Source of the DNA: Actinomycetes bacterium
Lineage (GTDB): Bacteria > Actinomycetota > Acidimicrobiia > Acidimicrobiales > JAMCPL01
NCBI GenBank assembly: GCA_021816935.1
Contig: JAKAWR010000005.1
Coordinates: 10,256-74,255, forward strand
DNA length: 64,000 nt
Direction of reading: 5' to 3'
Below the pieces are notes generated by a model, which worked only from the letters and a program-made list of their open reading frames with translations, searched no databases and was not told the DNA's origin. Position numbers and translations under genes: made by a program. Positions 1 to 9,016 of this stretch are shown here, one piece after another (the first letter of the stretch is position 1; the number at the start of each line of letters is the position of its first letter).

Positions 1-135
1 TCCGGCCGGGCTTTGCGTGGCTTCGCCCCTGTCCTGTACTCGAACGTCCACCGGACGTTCTCGTTCCTCCGCCTTGCGCTGCCCGCCTGGATGAACGACT
101 CCCTGATCCAACCTCCCTATCCGCTGAGGCTCTTA
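1..135. repeat. MITE-like repeat, copy A (window starts inside it; right end present)
   Basis: nt 64-132 align with 41347-41417 with about 7 mismatches. It ends in TCCCTATCCGCTGAGGCTC followed by TTA, the reverse complement of the element ends at 41253 and 47590. Confidence 0.55.
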
Positions 136-162
136 CCTCCCACCGGTCGGTATGCTTGTCAG

Positions 163-930
163 GTGATTTCCGGCGACTCCCGAAAGAAGAACCCGCCTCA
201 GGCCGGTCCCGTGCCGATTCCGGCCAGACCTGGCGGGGGACATCGGCTGCACCTTGCGGCAACCTGGGACCGCCGTGCGCCGTCGTGGGACCATGGGGCA
301 TTGCCGGGCCTGCAGGTGGTGGTCGATCGTGTTATCGAGACTGCCGGGCCAGCTGCAGGTGCTGTCGTCCTCGATCTTGGTTGCGGGACGGGTTCGCTGG
401 CCCTGCCGCTCGCGGGCTCCGCCCGGCGGGTGGTGGCCGTCGACCTGAGCCGGGGGATGCTTGACGAGCTCCGGGCCAAGGCCGAGTCAGGTGGGATCGC
501 CAATATCGAGGTGGTGCGGTCTTCCATCGAGGAGTTACAGGCGGAACCCGAGAGCATGGACCTCGTCGTCTCCAACTATGCCCTACATCATCTTCGCGAT
601 ACTGCGAAACAGGCTGTCGTGCGGCGGGCATTCGGGTGGCTGCGGCCGGGAGGACGTATCGTTATCGGAGATATGATGTTCGGCCGGGGAGCAACTGGGA
701 GGGACCGGCAGATCATCGCTTCGAAGCTCGTAGCGTTCGCGAAGAAGGGGCCGGCAGGTTGGTGGCGCATCGTCAAGAACGTGGCGCGCTTCACGCTGCG
801 CTTTCAGGAACGGCCCGCGCCCGTTGAAAGGTGGACTACCTGGCTGGGGGAGGCCGGGTTCGAGCAGGTGAAGTCCATCGAGGTTCATGCCGAGGCGGCT
901 GTTGTCGTAGGAGTGAAGCCGCGGCACTGA
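163..930 (+). CDS. class I SAM-dependent methyltransferase (start uncertain)
   Basis: Has the VLDLGCGTGSLALPLA glycine-rich SAM motif and an AATWD N-terminal motif. The track ORF 13..930 reads through the repeat at 1-135, so the true start must lie downstream. In-frame GTGs occur at 163 and 211. Confidence 0.75.
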   Translation: MISGDSRKKNPPQAGPVPIPARPGGGHRLHLAATWDRRAPSWDHGALPGLQVVVDRVIETAGPAAGAVVLDLGCGTGSLALPLAGSARRVVAVDLSRGMLDELRAKAESGGIANIEVVRSSIEELQAEPESMDLVVSNYALHHLRDTAKQAVVRRAFGWLRPGGRIVIGDMMFGRGATGRDRQIIASKLVAFAKKGPAGWWRIVKNVARFTLRFQERPAPVERWTTWLGEAGFEQVKSIEVHAEAAVVVGVKPRH

Positions 931-1019
931 ACTGCCGCACCTAACCAGCGCACCGGATTGCCTCATCGAACCCCGCGCGCCCGGTCGCACGATACGGGAA
1001 GTCGGATACAATGGTCGGC

Positions 1020-1111
1020 GGAGAGGTGCGAGAGCGGCCGAATCGGACTCACTGCTAATGAGTTGACCTCGTAATAGGGGTCCGAGGGTTCAAATCCCTC
1101 CCTCTCCGCCA
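1020..1111 (+). tRNA. tRNA-Ser (anticodon GCT), CCA encoded
   Basis: Hand-folded cloverleaf: acceptor GGAGAGG/CCTCTCC, anticodon loop CTGCTAA, long variable arm, T-loop TTCAAAT, 3' GCCA. Confidence 0.9.
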
Positions 1112-1239
1112 AGTGGCCTGGCGCAGCGAAGGCATCAACGGCAGCTTCGGTTGCCGATATTGTGCCGTACCGGCAGGGACCTGCGATACGCCGTCGGGGG
1201 CCTCGTCTATCATGATGCGGTGTACTACCGGCAAGTGCC

Positions 1240-3549
1240 ATGACTGTCTCGAAGGAAGGCCCGAGGCCTTTCGGTCCGGGGCGCCCCGCTCCAGCGGAGA
1301 TCCTCGGCAGGTTCACGGCCAGGCTCGGTGTTGCTGAGGACCGTCCGGGTCAGAGGCAGCTGGCCGGAGCGGTGGGCCGTTTGGTCGAAGCCGGCGGGGT
1401 GCTGGTGGCGCAGGCCGGCACCGGGGTAGGGAAATCATTTGCGTACCTGTCGGGGATAGTGTCAGGGGGCCGCAAGGCCGTGATAGCCACAGCGACCCTG
1501 GCTCTCCAGGACCAGTTGATGAAGAAGGACCTTCCGGTAGTGTCCAGCGCCGCGCCAGGCCTCAGCTTCGCATCGGTGAAGGGCCGCTCGAACTACCTGT
1601 GTTTGGCAAAGTTCGAGGAGCTTCAGGACGATCTCGTGGTCGACCGGGAAAGCCGTGTGTCGCCGCAGGCAGTCATTACCGACCTCTCGCCCGTGCCTGC
1701 TCGGGAGCACGCCAGGGAGTCTGGTACCGGTTCTGAGCGCCGAGGTAGATGGCACCGGACCGATGCGGCAGAGATATCGCACCTGAGCTCCTGGGTCGGA
1801 TCGACGGCCACGGGGGATCGTGACGAGATCGAGGGGATCGGCTGGGAACTGTGGAGCCGTGTTTCCGTGTCGCCCAACGAATGCCCGGGAGCGAGATTGT
1901 GCAAGTCCGGGCGTCGATGTTTTGCCGAGCGGGCCCGCCGTGATGCCGAAGATGCGGACATCGTGGTGACCAACCTGTATGTCTATGCCTACCACCTACT
2001 AACGGACGCAGGTAGCCTGCTTCCGGCTCACGACGTGCTGGTGGTGGACGAAGCCCATGAGCTCCCGGATGTCGTGAGCCGCGTTTTCGGGGTGTCGTCC
2101 TCTACGGTCGAGTTGGTCCGCCTTGCCGACATGGCGCACCGGGCGGCACGGCGAAGGCGAGGGGCGGTTGAAATGGTCGTGGGTGCGGCCCAGCGTGTTC
2201 GCGATTCGGCGGTCAACCTTGCACTCGCGCTGGATTCGTTCATGGAGGGCGCTGAGGCAGCGCGGGGCCGATCGGCGTTCCTGCTGCCAGGCACGAAGAT
2301 GTGGCCGGTCGCGGTCAGCGCTCTGGAGGATGCGAAAACATCCGTAGAAGGGCTGCTGCTTGCTCTCGGTGAGGTTACCGGCAGCGAGGCGCAGGGAACC
2401 ATCGGCACCGTTGCGCCGCGTGGAGACTTGGAGGACGGGCGCTACGAGCGAGTCCGCGTCATGGCAGAAGCCCAGCGCAGCGCCCTGGGGGAACTATCGA
2501 GAGCGGATATTGGTGAGAACGAGGTGGCCGTTGCCGAGTTGGCGGCTAGCGGCGCCGGGGGCACCGTCTACCGTCAAACTGTCGATCCGGGGGAGGTGCT
2601 TCAAAGGTGGTTCTGGCCTGCGGTCACGGAACGGGGAGAGCGGGACAGCGGCCAGTCGCAGGAAGGGGCGGAGCCGGGCCGAGCCGGTATGTTCGCCGCA
2701 GAGCCGGAGAGCGGTCCCGGGGAGCGGACCGACGGCTCGCGTGGCGGGGAGGGCGAACAGCACGTCCCGCGATCGGTGGTGCTGACGTCGGCTACGATAC
2801 CGCTGGACTTGGCAGCGCGCTTGGCACTACCCGACCCGGCGCACATCGATGCCGGCTCGCCGTTCGACTACTCCCGCCAGATGCTCCTGTACGTGCCCGG
2901 AGCACCATTCCCCATCCCGAGCGGTCACAGCAGGGATGCGTGGACAGGGGCTATCAAGGACGAGATCGCAGCGCTGCTGGCGGCTTCAGAAGGCAGGGCC
3001 CTCGCGCTGTTTACCTCGAAGGCGGTGATGCAGTTGGCAGGTGAGCACCTGAAACGCAACTTACCCCGTGCAGTCTCCGTCTACCTTCAAGGAGATAGCG
3101 GCAGGGCGAGCCTCGTGAAGAGATTCGCGGACGAGGAGCATTCCGTGCTTCTGGGAACGCGCAGCTTCTTCCAGGGGATTGACGTGCCGGGGCCGTCATT
3201 GTCGCTTGTGGTCCTTGACAAGCTGCCGTTCCCCCGGATCGGGGATCCTCTGGTGGAGGCACGTGGTCGGCGTGCCGAGAAAGCCGGAGGCAGTGCATTC
3301 GCACAGGTGAGCCTACCCGACGCAGCCACTACGCTAGCCCAGGCCATTGGCAGGCTGGTGCGTTCGGCGTCAGACTCCGGAGTGGCTTGCGTGCTCGACC
3401 GGAGGCTGTGCGATTCTTCCTACGGCAAGCGGCTGCTCGGTATGCTGCCCTTTCCCGGCCTTCCCGTCAGCCGCGACCGGGCGGCGGTTGTGTCGAGGCT
3501 CAGGCTCTCCTTGTCAGGCGACCCGAACCGTGCCGGCAAACCAGACTAG
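1240..3549 (+). CDS. dinG: ATP-dependent DNA helicase, DinG/XPD family
   Basis: Walker A AQAGTGVGKSFAYL and DEAH box VVDEAHEL. The 769-aa size fits, with a C-terminal helicase domain (LFTSKAVM, FFQGIDVPG). Confidence 0.85.
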   Translation: MTVSKEGPRPFGPGRPAPAEILGRFTARLGVAEDRPGQRQLAGAVGRLVEAGGVLVAQAGTGVGKSFAYLSGIVSGGRKAVIATATLALQDQLMKKDLPVVSSAAPGLSFASVKGRSNYLCLAKFEELQDDLVVDRESRVSPQAVITDLSPVPAREHARESGTGSERRGRWHRTDAAEISHLSSWVGSTATGDRDEIEGIGWELWSRVSVSPNECPGARLCKSGRRCFAERARRDAEDADIVVTNLYVYAYHLLTDAGSLLPAHDVLVVDEAHELPDVVSRVFGVSSSTVELVRLADMAHRAARRRRGAVEMVVGAAQRVRDSAVNLALALDSFMEGAEAARGRSAFLLPGTKMWPVAVSALEDAKTSVEGLLLALGEVTGSEAQGTIGTVAPRGDLEDGRYERVRVMAEAQRSALGELSRADIGENEVAVAELAASGAGGTVYRQTVDPGEVLQRWFWPAVTERGERDSGQSQEGAEPGRAGMFAAEPESGPGERTDGSRGGEGEQHVPRSVVLTSATIPLDLAARLALPDPAHIDAGSPFDYSRQMLLYVPGAPFPIPSGHSRDAWTGAIKDEIAALLAASEGRALALFTSKAVMQLAGEHLKRNLPRAVSVYLQGDSGRASLVKRFADEEHSVLLGTRSFFQGIDVPGPSLSLVVLDKLPFPRIGDPLVEARGRRAEKAGGSAFAQVSLPDAATTLAQAIGRLVRSASDSGVACVLDRRLCDSSYGKRLLGMLPFPGLPVSRDRAAVVSRLRLSLSGDPNRAGKPD

Positions 3550-3598
3550 CGGGCACATGCTACGGCCGGTCACGTAGCGGAATGACCTATATGCAACG

Positions 3599-3647
3599 GG
3601 TGAAATTACCTGTAGCATTTCACCGCTTGTAGCGGTAGGCTTTTTTT
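3599..3647 (+). terminator. candidate intrinsic terminator after dinG
   Basis: An 8-bp hairpin GGTGAAAT/ATTTCACC (3599-3624) and a 5-bp hairpin CCGCT/AGCGG (3623-3635) are followed by a T7 run (3641-3647). Confidence 0.5.
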
Positions 3648-4012
3648 GGAACCAGGTGGCGACGCTGAGAACAACTGACACGGAATGGGGTGCCGTGGTC
3701 AGATGATTCCATAATGAGCACTGCAGTGGCAGTGCTAACGGAACGGGTTGCTGAGTTGATGGGACGAGGAGGGCGTTGTGGCGGGACCGGGGTTGGTGAA
3801 AGGGGTGAGGCGGGGCGGCGTGGGCGTAGCGCGGAGGTTGCGAGCGTCGGTACCCCCTTTCACCGGCCACGTCCGGAATCCCCATTCGTTGATGCTTTCG
3901 ATTGGTCCGTTCAGGCACTGACGCGGCCACAACGCGGCGGACCGGAGCTGGTCGCTCGTCCTGGTAGTGTTGGTTCGCAGGGAACCGCCGTATACGCTGT
4001 GGTGGCCCATCA

Positions 4013-4085
4013 GGTCAGGTAGCTCAGTTGGCAGAGCGCGCGGCTGAAAACCGCGAGGTCACCGGATCGATGCCGGTCCTGACCA
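4013..4085 (+). tRNA. tRNA-Phe (anticodon GAA), no encoded CCA, atypical T-loop
   Basis: Acceptor GGTCAGG/CCTGACC, D-arm GCTC/GAGC, anticodon stem CGCGG/CCGCG with loop CTGAAAA. The T-stem is ACCGG/CCGGT, but the loop is ATCGATG rather than TTCGA-type. Confidence 0.8.
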
Positions 4086-4172
4086 CGTGGCGGTCTGATG
4101 CTGACCGCACCATGCGGCAGCCCCGAGCCCGGAGTCCGGAGCCCGGAGCCCCTACTCGCCGAGCCGTTTAGC

Positions 4173-4826
4173 TCAGTCGTTGGGACTGAAGCCGAGGTCG
4201 GCAGCGGTGAGTAGCGCTTCGAACGGCACTCCTACGGCAGCGAGCAGGCCGGCCGCCGTGCCGCCCCTGTCGACCACTGCGAGAGCAAGGATAGGTAACG
4301 CTCCGATAGCCCGGACTACCCTCACCGCCTCTAGAAGCGAGGTCCCCCTGGTCGCGACATCTTCTACGACCACCACCCGGTCATCGGCTTCCAGAACCCC
4401 CGCGATGCGGCCTCCCGGACCGTGGTCCTTCTCCTCCTTCCGGACGCTGAAGACCTTGAGTCCGAAACCCCGGCCGGCGGCGAGCGCAGCTGTTGTAAAG
4501 GCCACCGGATCGGCCCCCATCGTGAGGCCTCCGATACTGTCTACGCCCCCCTCGATGCCGGCCAGCCTGTCCAGAACCAAGCCCGCTGCGATGAGCAGAC
4601 CAGGTGGCCTGCACAGGGACTGCTTCGCGTCGATAAACCAGGACGAAGCGCGGCTGGACTTGAGGACGAAGCTCCCTCGCCTGACCGAGCGGAGGAGAAG
4701 ATCCTCCTTCAACTGATCAAGAGCTGCAACAGTGTAGCCGCCCGTGCCGCCCGTGCCGCCCGTGCCGGCTTCAGCTGCAGCGTGACCAGCCTTGGTGGTG
4801 CTCTCGCCGTCATATTCCGGGCTCAC
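4173..4826 (-). CDS. pyrE: orotate phosphoribosyltransferase
   Basis: PRPP-binding motif VVVVEDVATRGTSLLEAV and FVLKSSRASSWFIDAK, typical of OPRTases. The N-terminus has a GTGGTGGTGG tract from a 9-bp x3 repeat (4741-4767). Confidence 0.85.
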   Translation of the reverse strand: MSPEYDGESTTKAGHAAAEAGTGGTGGTGGYTVAALDQLKEDLLLRSVRRGSFVLKSSRASSWFIDAKQSLCRPPGLLIAAGLVLDRLAGIEGGVDSIGGLTMGADPVAFTTAALAAGRGFGLKVFSVRKEEKDHGPGGRIAGVLEADDRVVVVEDVATRGTSLLEAVRVVRAIGALPILALAVVDRGGTAAGLLAAVGVPFEALLTAADLGFSPND

Positions 4827-4893
4827 GATCAGCGGAGTCCCCTTCCGGCGAATGTCTCCGCAGAAACGCCGCCTCGGACGGCACCTATGTCAC

Positions 4894-6195
4894 TTAGGCC
4901 CATCGGATCGCTCTTTCGAAGCGCACGGCACCGCTGCCAGGTGTCACGACTCCCACGGCGCGGGCGCCAAGGGAGTGGCGCTGTGCGATCGAAACGACCG
5001 TTTCGACCTCTCCCGGGTCCACGGACAGGATCATTCCGATCCCGAGGTTGAAGACGCGCAGCATCTCTTGATCCGCTACGCTGCCAAGCCGGCGTATCTC
5101 AGTGAAGATCCGCGGCACTTCCCAGGAGTTGAGGTCGATGGTGGCATCGCAGCCGGACGGCAGCGCTCGCGGCACGTTGCCGGGTATGCCCCCTCCCGTT
5201 ATGTGGGCTGCAGCATGTACGGCGCCGGATCGCCCCAGCTCGAGCAGCGCCGGAGCGTAGATCACCGATGGCAGGAGAAGTTCGTCGGCAAGGCTCCGGC
5301 GAGCCCCGGGGAAAGCCGGATCATCGAGTGACATACCGGCGAGGCCGAAGAAAACGTGGCGGGCCAGTGAATAGCCGTTGGAACGAAGGCCGGGGGACTC
5401 CAGCCCTACAAGAGCGTCGCCGGGCATGACTTTGTCCGGACCGAGGACTCTTGAACGATCGGCGATTCCGACGGCGAAGCCGGCCATGTCAAGCAGCTCC
5501 GGATGCCGTGCGGTACCGCCGTCGCCAGCGTCCGGATCCGCCCCGATTCCATGGTCTTCCCGCACTGCCCGCCTCGCCGGTGCACCATAGCCTTCGCCCG
5601 CTCCCGTTTCCGCCCCGCGCTCTCTGCCCACCCGGGTTTCACCCGGGTGCTCTGCGGTCTCGCCGCCCACCAGCGTGCAGCCACAAGTTCTGCATCCCTC
5701 GGCGATGCCGCCAACAACCTCTTCGACAAGACCGGGGTCGAGCTTCGAAACGGAGATGTAGTCAAGGAAAAAGAGCGGTTCCGCCCCGGCGCAGGCGAGG
5801 TCGTCGACGCACATCGCGACCAGATCTATCCCCAGTGTTCCGTACTTGCCGGCAGCAGCCGCAACGGCCAGTTTCGTACCGACGCCGTCGGTGCTCGACA
5901 GGATGACCGGCTCGGCGATGCCGGTGAGGTTCGGTAGGAACGCACTGGCAAAGCCTCCTATGGGTCCGCTGCGTCCCTGCCTTCCATTCGGCAGTACAGC
6001 GGATTGCCTCACGCTGCCGATCCGGGACGTGGACTCGGCGAGGGCCGCTATGCGGCGGACAACCTCATCGGCGGCATCGAGGCTGACACCCGCGGCCTCG
6101 TAGGTAGCGCGACCGGCGGGCACGGCTGGGGTTGGTGCGGTCGGGGTTGGTGCACGCTGGCTGGGCCCCGTCGGGGGTAACGCAGGCGAAGCCAT
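4894..6195 (-). CDS. purM: phosphoribosylformylglycinamidine cyclo-ligase (AIR synthetase) with internal insertion
   Basis: Motifs GGFASAF, DGVGTKL and GGETAEHPG. I place the start at the ATG overlapping the purF stop (TGATG at 6193-6197), not at the track start 6312. Confidence 0.9.
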   Translation of the reverse strand: MASPALPPTGPSQRAPTPTAPTPAVPAGRATYEAAGVSLDAADEVVRRIAALAESTSRIGSVRQSAVLPNGRQGRSGPIGGFASAFLPNLTGIAEPVILSSTDGVGTKLAVAAAAGKYGTLGIDLVAMCVDDLACAGAEPLFFLDYISVSKLDPGLVEEVVGGIAEGCRTCGCTLVGGETAEHPGETRVGRERGAETGAGEGYGAPARRAVREDHGIGADPDAGDGGTARHPELLDMAGFAVGIADRSRVLGPDKVMPGDALVGLESPGLRSNGYSLARHVFFGLAGMSLDDPAFPGARRSLADELLLPSVIYAPALLELGRSGAVHAAAHITGGGIPGNVPRALPSGCDATIDLNSWEVPRIFTEIRRLGSVADQEMLRVFNLGIGMILSVDPGEVETVVSIAQRHSLGARAVGVVTPGSGAVRFERAIRWA

Positions 6196-7856
6196 CAGGA
6201 AGTCCGGAGGGTGTCCGGCTGGGCCCCGAGTCGCTGCAGCTGCATCCCAGGCGCCGGATGGGCGTTCGCGGGCACCGTCGGTGGGGATGTCGCCTTCCCG
6301 GTGCCTTCCCACTTACCGGCCTGGGAGCCGGCCGTGTCCCTCACTGCAACCGGGTAGGAGCCGGTCAGGCACGCCGCGCAGAAACCGGAGGCGGTGGACC
6401 CCACGCCAATAGCGTTGACCAGCGCCTCCAGACTGAGGTAGGCCAGCGAATCGACGCCGAGGTACTCCTCTATCTCTTCGATGCTCATTCTCGAAGCCAG
6501 TAACTCGTTGAAGTCCGGCGTGTCGATGCCGTAGAAGCAGGGCCATCTGAACGGCGGTGACGAGATCCGCAGGTGCAGCTCCGCTGCGCCTGCGTCCCGG
6601 AGCATCCTCATGATCTGCTTGGTGGTGGTTCCGCGCACGATGGAGTCGTCCACCACCACGAGGCGTTTCCCTGCGATCGAGCTCTTGAGCGGGTTCAGCT
6701 TCCTCCGGACGCCTATCGACCTGGCCTGCTGGCCCGGAGTGATGAACGTCCGGCCAATGTAACGGTTCTTCACGAGTCCCTGACCGTAGGGTATCCCGCT
6801 CGCTCTCGAAAAACCTTCGGCGGCGGGAAGGCCGGAATCGGGGACGCCCATTACCATGTCGCCGTCCACTGCTCGCTCGCCGGCCAGCAGTTCGCCCATC
6901 CGTCTCCGCGTGCCATGCACCTCGGAACCGAGGAGAATACTGTCCGGGCGGGCAAAGTAGACGAACTCGAAAATGCAGAGGCGGGGATCGTGCCTATCGC
7001 CGGCGAACGGGTAGACCGATCGGGTTCCGGTGGCATCGATCACGACCACCTCCCCGGGCTCGATCTCGCGCACGAAGTCGGCTCCGACCACATCCAGGGC
7101 CGGTGTTTCCGAAGCCACTACGAAAGAGGGGGAAAGGTCGCCGGCCCCTTCCAGGCGCCCGAGGCAGAGAGGCCGGAATCCGTTGGGATCCCGGACCGCA
7201 AAGAGACGCTGAGCGTCCATGGCCACCAGCGAGAAGGCTCCCTCGAGGGAGGGCAGGACTTCGAGCAACGCCTCCTCCAGGGGAGAAGGTGTGTCCCCTG
7301 TCTCGGGGGCGTTGCCGGTGGAGTCCGCGTATCCCGCCCCCGATCTCTTGATGGCCAGTTCCAGCATCTCAGCAACCAGGTCCGAATCGGATGTGACGAT
7401 CCCGGGAATCATACCGATATCCGATGAGAGCTTCTCGGTATTAGTGAGGTTGCCATTGTGTGCAAGCGCCAGGTTTACAGATCCGGGGGAGCGGAACACC
7501 GGTTGAGCGTTGCGCCACGTGGATGCGCCGGCCGTTGAATAGCGCGTATGGCCGATCGCAAGGCTTCCTGTCAGGGCAGTGAGAGTGCGCTCGTCGAAAA
7601 CGGATGCGACCAGCCCCATGTCCTTGACGACCGTCACAAGGTCCCCGTCGCTCACCGCCATTCCCGCGGACTCCTGGCCCCGGTGCTGCAGTGCGAAAAG
7701 CCCGTCAAAGGTGAGCCGGGCCACGGGTCTACCGGGCGCGTAGACTCCGAATATGCCGCAAGCGTCTTTCACGTGGTCCGGCGCCATGTGGTCCGGCGCC
7801 ATGTGGTCCGGCTTCACCTGCTCTGGACCGGCTGCCGTCTCACGGCCGCGCCGCAC
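6195..7856 (-). CDS. purF: amidophosphoribosyltransferase
   Basis: Ntn catalytic Cys in CGIFGVYAP after a propeptide, and PRPP motif VVVDDSIVRGTT. The N-terminus contains the PDHMAPDHMAPDH repeat, so the start is ambiguous. Confidence 0.9.
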   Translation of the reverse strand: MRRGRETAAGPEQVKPDHMAPDHMAPDHVKDACGIFGVYAPGRPVARLTFDGLFALQHRGQESAGMAVSDGDLVTVVKDMGLVASVFDERTLTALTGSLAIGHTRYSTAGASTWRNAQPVFRSPGSVNLALAHNGNLTNTEKLSSDIGMIPGIVTSDSDLVAEMLELAIKRSGAGYADSTGNAPETGDTPSPLEEALLEVLPSLEGAFSLVAMDAQRLFAVRDPNGFRPLCLGRLEGAGDLSPSFVVASETPALDVVGADFVREIEPGEVVVIDATGTRSVYPFAGDRHDPRLCIFEFVYFARPDSILLGSEVHGTRRRMGELLAGERAVDGDMVMGVPDSGLPAAEGFSRASGIPYGQGLVKNRYIGRTFITPGQQARSIGVRRKLNPLKSSIAGKRLVVVDDSIVRGTTTKQIMRMLRDAGAAELHLRISSPPFRWPCFYGIDTPDFNELLASRMSIEEIEEYLGVDSLAYLSLEALVNAIGVGSTASGFCAACLTGSYPVAVRDTAGSQAGKWEGTGKATSPPTVPANAHPAPGMQLQRLGAQPDTLRTS

Positions 7857-7942
7857 CTTGATCCGTTCCGTGGCCGGTCGCCGGAGCCTCCCGGCAGCAA
7901 ATCATGAGGCACCACGCTCCATGATAGCGGGCAGGCGCCAAG

Positions 7943-8974
7943 ATGCCGAGCCTCGTGGCGGCTGAAGGGCTGATGATCGACCTCCACCTGCATTCGCGCT
8001 TTTCGGATGGTTCCGAGGAGCCCGAGCGCGTGGTCGAACTCGCGGCCGAGGCAGGCTGTTCCGCCATTGCGCTTACCGATCACGATACCCTCGCGGGCAT
8101 ATCGAGGGCGCAATCCAGAGCCTCAGAGCTGGGGGTCGGCTTCGTATCAGGATGTGAGATCACGTGCAATTTCCCGCTGGGCGCTCTCAGCGTGGGGCCG
8201 CCGGCCGTAGAGGCAGCGATAGCGGCGACTCCTGTCGCGAGAATGCAGCCCGCGTACCCGACGATCGAACACTGCAGGGCGAGCAACGTCCACGTCCTTG
8301 CCTACTTCGTCGCTCCGGACTGCCGCCTGGCCGGGGAGCTCGTGAGTATCCTTTCTTCGCGGACCACTCGCAACCTGGAGCTCGTCGACAGGCTGGACTC
8401 TTTGGGAGTCCCGGTGCCCTACGACGACGTTCTCGAAGAGGCGGGAGGTTCCGAGAGTGTAGGCCGGCCGCATTTCGCTGCGGTCATGGCGAGAAGGGGG
8501 TATGTCGCAGACATTGACGAAGCGTTCGACAGGTGGCTCGGAGCGGGACGGCCAGCCTATGTACCTCGCAGGACACTCGGTTGTGATGAGTTGGCGCTGA
8601 TCGCCAGGGAGTCTGCAGTGGTGCTGTCGCTTGCACACCCCTTGCGCTACGGGTTCGGCCGGACCGAGCTCGAGGCCCTTGTTGGGTATCTTGCGGATAC
8701 GGGCTTTGCGGCCCTGGAAGCGGTCTACTCGGCGCATTCACCCGCGGAACAGGCCTTTGTGGAGGCGTTGGCTGCGAGGTATTCCATGGTCGTGACCGGC
8801 GGCTCCGACTTCCACGGAACCTACAAGGAGGGGATATCCCCGGGCACGGGGACGGGAGGGCTGGAAGCCCCCGATACGATCCTGGCCAACCTGGTGCGCC
8901 TTCGGGACGGGTTGCAGCCCCCGACGGAGGGGGTCTCTCCGGTGATCGTGCCCTCTTCGCCAGATGGGGGCTGA
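7943..8974 (+). CDS. PHP-domain metal-dependent phosphoesterase (TrpH/YciV-like)
   Basis: Motifs IDLHLHSRFSDGS, ALTDHDT and GGSDFHG. The real start may be the Met of MIDLHLHS at 7973. Confidence 0.8.
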   Translation: MPSLVAAEGLMIDLHLHSRFSDGSEEPERVVELAAEAGCSAIALTDHDTLAGISRAQSRASELGVGFVSGCEITCNFPLGALSVGPPAVEAAIAATPVARMQPAYPTIEHCRASNVHVLAYFVAPDCRLAGELVSILSSRTTRNLELVDRLDSLGVPVPYDDVLEEAGGSESVGRPHFAAVMARRGYVADIDEAFDRWLGAGRPAYVPRRTLGCDELALIARESAVVLSLAHPLRYGFGRTELEALVGYLADTGFAALEAVYSAHSPAEQAFVEALAARYSMVVTGGSDFHGTYKEGISPGTGTGGLEAPDTILANLVRLRDGLQPPTEGVSPVIVPSSPDGG

Positions 8975-9016
8975 AGCCGCCCTTTATATCCAACGCCGCC
9001 CGGCCTGCCGCGCCGT

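Noticed and set aside
1-135. Interpreting the conserved repeat core as a riboswitch (TPP- or ZTP-like: CTGAG, CCTGATCC, CCGCCTGGAT strings)
   Set aside because: The motif order does not match the TPP consensus in either orientation, and the 5' ZTP sub-domain is absent. The downstream genes differ between copies and are unrelated to thiamine or purine/folate metabolism. Terminal inverted repeats fit a MITE better.
963-1316. 117-aa minus-strand ORF
   Set aside because: It overlaps the tRNA-Ser gene (1020-1111) and the dinG start, and no coding signal was seen.
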